Positions 58,084 through 64,000 of a stretch of DNA of 64,000 bases are shown here, piece after piece. How positions within the stretch are numbered: position 1 is the stretch's first letter; each line of letters starts with the position of its first letter. The position numbers were made by a program, and so were the translations under genes. The notes below the pieces were generated by a model. That model saw only the letters and a list, made by a program, of their open reading frames with translations, did no database searches and was not told the DNA's origin. Source of the stretch: Acidimicrobiia bacterium (lineage in GTDB: Bacteria > Actinomycetota > Acidimicrobiia > Spongiisociales > JAENVV01); NCBI GenBank assembly GCA_041577335.1, contig JBFGJH010000008.1:1-64000 (forward strand), given 5' to 3'.

Positions 58084-58599
58084 TCACCCAGGGCCGGCGG
58101 ATGAGTCGGAATTCTGCCGTATCGGCTCGAGGCTGAACATCGTCCGCTCGCCCGTGTTGGCGTAGTGGTCGGCAAAGGAGGGCCACACTCTGATCATCTC
58201 GGGCCACCAATCGTCGATTTCTGGCTCATACAGCTCCCTGGAGCTCACTGCGAAAGATCGGCCATGGAGGCTGACACGACCGTGTCCGGCTGCGCGGAGA
58301 TTGAACACCCACGGGTTACGGCGCTCTCCCGCTGGACGAGCATTGGCCACGAGGAATCGCTCTCCATCGCGCACGAACACGAGGGGGGTGGTGCGCTCGA
58401 GGCCGGATCGCCGTCCTTCGACGGTGAGGAGCAGCGTTGGGACCACCAAACTCGAAGGGGGAGGAATACGGCCCCGTCCGACTTTCATCACGAGCCTGTC
58501 GATGGGGCTGACGATATGTTTCACCGCCCACACAAGAATCGGGCTGGACCCTCTCACGGATCTCGCCTCACGGATCTTGTTTGTGGGCGACACAGTCAC
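58084..58599 (-). CDS. Deazaflavin (F420)-dependent oxidoreductase, Ddn family
   Basis: LLLTVEGRRSGLERTTPL, PWVFNLRA, WPSF..HY...R. Confidence 0.8.
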   Translation of the reverse strand: MTVSPTNKIREARSVRGSSPILVWAVKHIVSPIDRLVMKVGRGRIPPPSSLVVPTLLLTVEGRRSGLERTTPLVFVRDGERFLVANARPAGERRNPWVFNLRAAGHGRVSLHGRSFAVSSRELYEPEIDDWWPEMIRVWPSFADHYANTGERTMFSLEPIRQNSDSSAGPG

Positions 58600-59246
58600 G
58601 GCACCAGCAGCTCTGCTGCATCTTGCCTTGTTCGCTCGGTCGATCCATCGTTTGGAGCTGCGATGAGCTCTGCGAGCGCCGAGCCGAGAGCGGCTCCGGT
58701 CAGGCCTCGGTCAATGAGCGAGAACTCGACAGGATCGGAGAGGGGGACGACCCGGAGATAGGCGAAACGAGCGTCGCCGACGATGGGCATGGTGATTTCC
58801 CAGAGCTCGGCGTCCTCGGACCCACCAGTCAGCTCCTCCGAGGATGTCTGCAGCGCCACATGACGCGTGATCGGGCGACGGCCGGCGAGCCGGTGACACA
58901 AATACAAATGGCCGTTGAGGTGGGCATCCTCAGGTTTGGCGTCGGGATAGCGTCCCCACATTTGGTTCCAGTTGTTGCCGAACTCGATCACATCGGGATT
59001 GGTTGCCAGCTCGGCAGCCGCCTCCAGGCTGGCCAAGCGCATGAAATCGACGTGCGTGAACGGGACCGCCGGAGTGGGAGCTCGTACCCGCCAGTTGGCA
59101 TAGTGCACGACGCCGGGAGCTTCGTTGAAAAAGGGGTTGTCTACTTCCCGCAGCCACCCTTCGTACCCGCGCGCCAAGGCATCCTCGCGCGGAGTGTGCG
59201 GCAACACCACCATGTGATCGGTATCCGGGTACCCAATTTTTCTCAT
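58596..59246 (-). CDS. Hypothetical protein, possibly EthD/RedY-like alpha-beta barrel
   Basis: YEGWLREVDNPFF...PGVVHY pattern. Overlaps the start of the F420 gene. Start uncertain (59246 or 59324). Confidence 0.5.
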   Translation of the reverse strand: MRKIGYPDTDHMVVLPHTPREDALARGYEGWLREVDNPFFNEAPGVVHYANWRVRAPTPAVPFTHVDFMRLASLEAAAELATNPDVIEFGNNWNQMWGRYPDAKPEDAHLNGHLYLCHRLAGRRPITRHVALQTSSEELTGGSEDAELWEITMPIVGDARFAYLRVVPLSDPVEFSLIDRGLTGAALGSALAELIAAPNDGSTERTRQDAAELLVP

Positions 59247-59333
59247 CTGCAAGTCCCTTCCGAGTCGAAGTTCATGTGACGGCTCTCTCGTCACCGGCGG
59301 TGGCGGCGACACTCGACCCGCCACGTGAGTGGC

Positions 59334-60515
59334 CTAGCCGTGTGCCGAGCGCCGCATAACGGTCTTGAGCCTCCAGATGGCCAGGGCATAGAACACCAGT
59401 GCATACCCGACCAGGATTGCGAGGAATAGAGCAACGTCCCCGAACCCGCCGCCGAATGCAGTCAGCTCCTCGAAGGCCTCCAACGCCCACGCGTGAGGCG
59501 TGACGTGAGCAACTCGATACACGGTGTCGGACAAGACCTCGAGCACGGCGAGGGGATACATGGCGCCGCCGAGGGCGGCCAGGCCTAGTCCGAGCACAAC
59601 TCCGATGCTGCCTGCCTGTTGGTCGTTGTTGACGAGCGCTCCCAAGAGCATGGCCGCTCCGCTCGAAACAACCGCGAAGATCACGACGATTGTCACTGCC
59701 GCCAAAGGGGCGCCCCAGGCCACGTCGAAGACGAGCCACGTTCCCAGGAAGATGAACGCGCCCTGGATGAGCCCGATGATGAAGCGGCTCAGCCCCTCGC
59801 CGAGGATCACGGTGCGCGCTGCAGTGGGCGTCGACAACATCCGTTGGGTCACCCCGAGACGGCGCGATTGAACAATGGCGCTGGCACCCAGCAACGTCGT
59901 CATGAACATGAACAGAATGAGCATGGTCTGCGCGGCGACGTCGAACTGCCCCAATCCCCCCAGCTTCCAGGGTTCACCGGTTGACGAAACCTCGATAGCG
60001 ACCGGAGGCATCGTCGTCTGGAGCTCTTCGGCTGCTAGGAGCGCAACGTCGAAAGTGGCGAAGCCTCGCTCCTCGGCGAAGCGTGCGGCTCGGAGCAGGG
60101 TCGCTTGCTGCGTGACGACGGACTCAACGATGGCACCGGCTCCGCCGAGCTGGTCGGAGGCTTTCCCCACGAACTCGAGTTCGGCATTGGCGCCGCTCCT
60201 CAGCGTCGCCTCGTAACCGTTCGGCACGATGAGCACACCCTGTAGCTCGCCTCGTTCGACCGCCCGCACCGCGTCGTCGCGGGAATCGAACTCCACGAGT
60301 TCGAAGGATCCGGTGCCCGCCAGTACCTCCTGCAGCTGAGCGACGAGCGCGTCGGGCTCGGCGGCGACGAAGCCCACTTTGGGGAGGCTGCTGCCACCCG
60401 ATGCGCCACCCAACAACAGGATGAGGACTACTGGCAGCACAAATGTCTGGAAGATGCTCGACCGATCTTTGAAGAAACGGATGAGATTGGTGCGGGCAAT
60501 GGCGAAGGCTTTCAT
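59334..60515 (-). CDS. ABC-2 exporter permease (LnrN/YfiN-like)
   Basis: N-terminal TM, extracytoplasmic domain, RRLGVTQRMLSTP, LGGAMYP, TPHAWA. Confidence 0.85.
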   Translation of the reverse strand: MKAFAIARTNLIRFFKDRSSIFQTFVLPVVLILLLGGASGGSSLPKVGFVAAEPDALVAQLQEVLAGTGSFELVEFDSRDDAVRAVERGELQGVLIVPNGYEATLRSGANAELEFVGKASDQLGGAGAIVESVVTQQATLLRAARFAEERGFATFDVALLAAEELQTTMPPVAIEVSSTGEPWKLGGLGQFDVAAQTMLILFMFMTTLLGASAIVQSRRLGVTQRMLSTPTAARTVILGEGLSRFIIGLIQGAFIFLGTWLVFDVAWGAPLAAVTIVVIFAVVSSGAAMLLGALVNNDQQAGSIGVVLGLGLAALGGAMYPLAVLEVLSDTVYRVAHVTPHAWALEAFEELTAFGGGFGDVALFLAILVGYALVFYALAIWRLKTVMRRSAHG

Positions 60516-61702
60516 GGCCGGAGTCCTTTCCTGAGGTTCGCCATTCCGATGGCTCCGGCGACCAAACCAAAGGCCAGCATGGCCAGAACGGGAACGACCA
60601 CCACTCCCACGTCACCACCGGAAAGATCAGCGAGGCCGCGCAGGAACCATGCGTGCGGGGACACGAATCGCACATCGGCGATCCATCCGCCCGCCTGGCT
60701 CAAGTCGAAGAAGGTCCCACCCAGGAAACCCAGGATGATGGCCACCAGGCTGGCGAACGCCCCGGCTTGTTCGGCCGTGCGGGCAAACGCACTCACCAGC
60801 GCGACGATTCCCATGGCGGCGATCACAGCCGCCAAGATCAGGGCGGCGACGCCGAGAGGCGAGCCCCATTCGGCGTCGACCAATAGCGCGGTGGCGATCA
60901 CGAGGACGGTGACGCTGACAACACCGACGATGAAGGCGCCGATCGACTTGCCGGCCAGAATCGTCCACTTGGGGATCGGCGCTACCAAGAGCCGTGACAA
61001 TGTGCCTGCGTGCCGTTCTTCCAAGAGGCTCGTCACGCCGAATTGGACCGTGAAGAACACGAAGAACACGGCCATACCAGCGGCGTAGAACGTGACCGGG
61101 TCCAGCTGCTTTGTGGCGGCGGTGACATCGACAATCGAGGCCGGGCTCTCAGTCCCCAGCACTTCCACTCCGGTGGCAAGACGATCCACCGGCGCTTGGA
61201 TGACCTCCTCGACCGTGGCAACTGCCACCCGAACCGAAGTCATTTGGCTGGCAAAGCCTTGGGCCATGGCGACTGCGACACCGGCTTCGACCTCGGAGCT
61301 CTCGTTGCCAATGACCTGGATGGTCACCGGCCGATCGCTCTGGACGTCGTCTGAGAAACCAGCCGGAATGATGAACACCGCTTCGGCGGTCACTTCATCG
61401 CTCCCGAACGGGGCAACCGCCCGATCCACCAATGGCATGGCGGACTCAACCGAGTCGCGGCGGAGCAGTTCTACGCCCTCGCTGCCCGCGAGCGTTCCCT
61501 CCACGAACAGCTCCGCAATTGGCCCCCCGTCGAGATCGACCACGCCAAAGGTGGCCTCGAACTGGTAATCCTGAACTGGGCTGAGAATGAATCCGAATAC
61601 CAGGGCCAGGGCGAGGGGCGCGACGATACCGATGATGTAGGCGGACCGATCTCGGAGACGCTCCTTGAGGTCCTTCGCGGCGATCGCCCATGCAGTACGC
61701 AT
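60512..61702 (-). CDS. ABC-2 exporter permease (LnrM/YfiM-like)
   Basis: AIAAKDLKERLRDR, YAAGMAVFF, EER..GTLSRL..AP, LGGTF, SPHAW. Confidence 0.85.
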   Translation of the reverse strand: MRTAWAIAAKDLKERLRDRSAYIIGIVAPLALALVFGFILSPVQDYQFEATFGVVDLDGGPIAELFVEGTLAGSEGVELLRRDSVESAMPLVDRAVAPFGSDEVTAEAVFIIPAGFSDDVQSDRPVTIQVIGNESSEVEAGVAVAMAQGFASQMTSVRVAVATVEEVIQAPVDRLATGVEVLGTESPASIVDVTAATKQLDPVTFYAAGMAVFFVFFTVQFGVTSLLEERHAGTLSRLLVAPIPKWTILAGKSIGAFIVGVVSVTVLVIATALLVDAEWGSPLGVAALILAAVIAAMGIVALVSAFARTAEQAGAFASLVAIILGFLGGTFFDLSQAGGWIADVRFVSPHAWFLRGLADLSGGDVGVVVVPVLAMLAFGLVAGAIGMANLRKGLRP

Positions 61703-61705
61703 GAT

Positions 61706-62662
61706 TCACTCCCTCAAAGCTCGACCCGTCAGCTGGAGAAAAACCGCCTCCAGGTTGGCCGAGTCGATATCTACGCTGCTCACCACCACCTCCATCTTCG
61801 AGGCAACCTCGAAGATCTCGGGCAGCAGGCCATGGGCGTCGCGGACGATGAGATCGATGCCGTCATCAGCGACGCCGGACTGCTCAACCCCAGTGATTTC
61901 CCGGAAAGCACCCGCGCAGGCGTTGAGCGGACCGGTCGCCGTGAGGCGAACCCGATCGTGCTCGCCCACGATCTGAACAAGGTCACGTTGGGTGCCTTCT
62001 GCCATCAACCTGCCCCGGTCGATGATCCCGAGCCGGTCACACAAGCGTTCTGCTTCTTCCATGTAGTGGGTCGTATACAGAACCGCCATGCCTGCCTCGC
62101 CGAGCCGCTCGACACTCTCGAGGATGGCGTTCCGGCTCTGCGGATCGACTCCGACCGTTGGTTCGTCGAGGATCAACAAATGGGGATGATGGAGCAGGCC
62201 GATACCGATGTTCAGGCGCCGTTTCATGCCGCCGGAGTATTGATCGGACCGGTCATCGGCCCGATCCCGAAGCTCGATGATGTCGAGCACCTCATCAACT
62301 CGGATGTCGAGCGCTTTGCCCGTGATGCCGTAAAGGCGGCCAAAGAACCGTAGATTCTCGCGAGCACCGAGATCGGGATAGATGGCCAGATCCTGCGGAA
62401 CATAGCCAATGTGGCGTTTTGCGTCAGTCGACTCGGTGCTCATGGGCTCGCCCATCACTCGAACGTCGCCGGAGTCTCGCTCGAGGAGACCGGAGATCAT
62501 GGCGATGGTGGTCGTCTTCCCGGCGCCATTGGGACCCAAAAGGCCATAGGTCTCTCCGGCGGCGATCTGGAAGCCAACGTCAGCGACCGCGGTGAGGTCG
62601 CCGAAGGCCTTGCGGAGCCCAAAACAGTCGAGAACCGGCCCTGATGTGGGACGAGAACCCAT
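61706..62662 (-). CDS. ABC exporter ATP-binding protein (LnrL/YfiL-like)
   Basis: GPNGAGKTT, YSGGMKRRLN, LDEPTVGVDPQSRN, YTTHYMEEAERLCDR. Confidence 0.92.
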   Translation of the reverse strand: MGSRPTSGPVLDCFGLRKAFGDLTAVADVGFQIAAGETYGLLGPNGAGKTTTIAMISGLLERDSGDVRVMGEPMSTESTDAKRHIGYVPQDLAIYPDLGARENLRFFGRLYGITGKALDIRVDEVLDIIELRDRADDRSDQYSGGMKRRLNIGIGLLHHPHLLILDEPTVGVDPQSRNAILESVERLGEAGMAVLYTTHYMEEAERLCDRLGIIDRGRLMAEGTQRDLVQIVGEHDRVRLTATGPLNACAGAFREITGVEQSGVADDGIDLIVRDAHGLLPEIFEVASKMEVVVSSVDIDSANLEAVFLQLTGRALRE

Positions 62663-63030
62663 GCTGCCCTCCTTTGGGACTTTCCGTTCAGAGTGTCGAC
62701 TACGCCCGACAGCGCATAGAGGCAGAAGTCACAAATCTCGCGCGATCGCTCTTCAGGACAGCGTCAGCACCGCGTTAGAACGCGCACCGTAGGGTGGCCG
62801 GCGCAACTGGTGAGATCTCGACCGAGTTCGAGGGACGTGAAGATCGGGTTCGGCCGCCGCTGCGACGATGTTCCAACCTTACGGGTTCTCCATGGCGACG
62901 CGGAGTGCGAGCTCGGCGGTTCGGTGCGGGTCAGCCAGGGCCTAGCAGCAGGTCGGGACGACCGGGAGATGTGCCAACCCAGCGGGGACGGTCCGCGGCT
63001 ACCACTGCAACGACCGGTACCATCGGTCAC

Positions 63031-63738
63031 GTGAAGAGGACCATTGCACTCATCGTTGCGATGGTGGTAGCCGCGTGTGGTTCTTCCACTTCGACCACCG
63101 TGGGCACGGTGCCTGCGCCGGCCACCACCTTCCCATCAACGACTGCGCCGACGGCCACCGAGCCGCCGCCGACAACATCCGCGGCCGCCGTGCCGGCGGG
63201 CTACGCGATACACGGTTCAACAGACCTCGGGTTCGAGGTGGCTCTTCCGGAGAGCTGGTTTGTGGCGGACCTGACCGCCGACGACATCGACGAGATCGCC
63301 GACGTTCTGGCCGCAGACAATCCCGAGCTCGTGGAGCTGCTGCGAACTGCAACGAGCGACGATGAGCTGGTGTTCCGGTTCTGGGCCTTTGATCTCGACG
63401 ACACCGTGGACGAGTTCCTCACGAACGTCAACGTGACGGCATTTCCCCGAGGGCCGTTCGATGACCCAGAGATATATCAGGAGGCTCTCGGCCCTCAGTT
63501 CGAGTCCGTGGGGGGGAGGCTGATCAGCAGCGAGCTGGTAGATCTCGGAGACGGGGGGCTCTTCGTCGCGATGGAGATCCCTCTCGTGAACGCCCAAGGC
63601 GCCGACGTGACATCGAACGGCTTCCAGTTGTTTGCGTTCACCGAGAATGAGGTCATCAACATCAGTTTCTCCACTGATACCCCTGAGGAGTATGCCGAGG
63701 CCATCGATGTCATGCGGGACACCTTCATACTGCGCTGA
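63031..63738 (+). CDS. Hypothetical lipoprotein
   Basis: MKRTIALIVAMVVAAC lipobox, Thr/Pro linker, GFEVALPESW and NVNV (PsbP/DcrB-like fold possible). Confidence 0.7.
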   Translation: MKRTIALIVAMVVAACGSSTSTTVGTVPAPATTFPSTTAPTATEPPPTTSAAAVPAGYAIHGSTDLGFEVALPESWFVADLTADDIDEIADVLAADNPELVELLRTATSDDELVFRFWAFDLDDTVDEFLTNVNVTAFPRGPFDDPEIYQEALGPQFESVGGRLISSELVDLGDGGLFVAMEIPLVNAQGADVTSNGFQLFAFTENEVINISFSTDTPEEYAEAIDVMRDTFILR

Positions 63739-63938
63739 CCCGGCCGACTTCTCGGTCCGCAACACCCCCAGGACGAGAGTCCGGGCGAACGCTCGAAACC
63801 CTGTTCCCGGCGGCGCGATCCATCAGCCCCAGTCCGGCTGATCACCTGCCAGGTCTTCCGCCCTGGAGATCCCAGTCCATTGGTCCCACGCGCTTGGGAC
63901 CTTTGCGGGTGGACTCCTGCCATACTCATGTCGATACT

Positions 63939-63956
63939 TTGTGAAACAATTCACAA
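63939..63956. promoter_or_regulatory. Rex operator (ROP)
   Basis: TTGTGAA-acaa-TTCACAA, a perfect match to the Rex consensus, 21 bp upstream of an ATG that has its own RBS. Confidence 0.8.
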
Positions 63957-63977
63957 ATAAGACGAGAGGAGATCGTC

Positions 63978-64000
63978 ATGATGAGCCAGAGGTTCAGAAC
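63978..64000 (+). CDS. Start of a CDS running off the window (MMSQRFR...)
   Basis: RBS GAGAGGAG, ATGATG, upstream Rex site. Confidence 0.5.

Noticed and set aside
1..64000. Mobile elements, prophage, tRNA or rRNA genes
   Set aside because: I recognised no transposase, integrase, phage structural gene or structural-RNA signature by eye.

Overview
High-GC chromosomal window with an actinobacterial gene set; the gene content suggests Acidimicrobiia, which is inference only. It holds about 60 CDS and I found no rRNA, tRNA, CRISPR array, transposase or integrase. Main blocks: (1) transport genes at 2-10.5 kb: an orphan DppB-type permease, an SLC12-like cation-chloride cotransporter, ugpBAE-like genes and an MFS. 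(2) An archaeal-type cyclic 2,3-diphosphoglycerate (cDPG) cluster at 12.5-16 kb: 2-phosphoglycerate kinase and cDPG synthetase enclose a metallophosphoesterase and an ABM-fold gene, and the phosphoesterase is a candidate for the cDPG/2,3-DPG degrading enzyme. (3) A 10.7-kb gene for an LPxTG-anchored repeat surface protein. (4) An ArsR/SRPBCC module with a visible operator. (5) A gene run of membrane protein, Cu-only-type SOD, ECF sigma and a putative anti-sigma carrying a paralog of that membrane protein. (6) An ~18-kb general-stress island at 33-51 kb: SigB/F-type sigma, partner-switching proteins, a photocobilin/CarH-like B12 sensor coupled to a PAS-GAF-PP2C phosphatase, a kinase-MetOD1 fusion, and nine GTTT-N16-GGGTA promoters ahead of a lipid/polyP operon, dps, mscL and others. 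(7) betC, a GNAT, a decayed VOC pseudogene, an F420 reductase, an ABC exporter and a perfect Rex operator at the right edge. All family calls come from motif recognition by eye, not from database searches.
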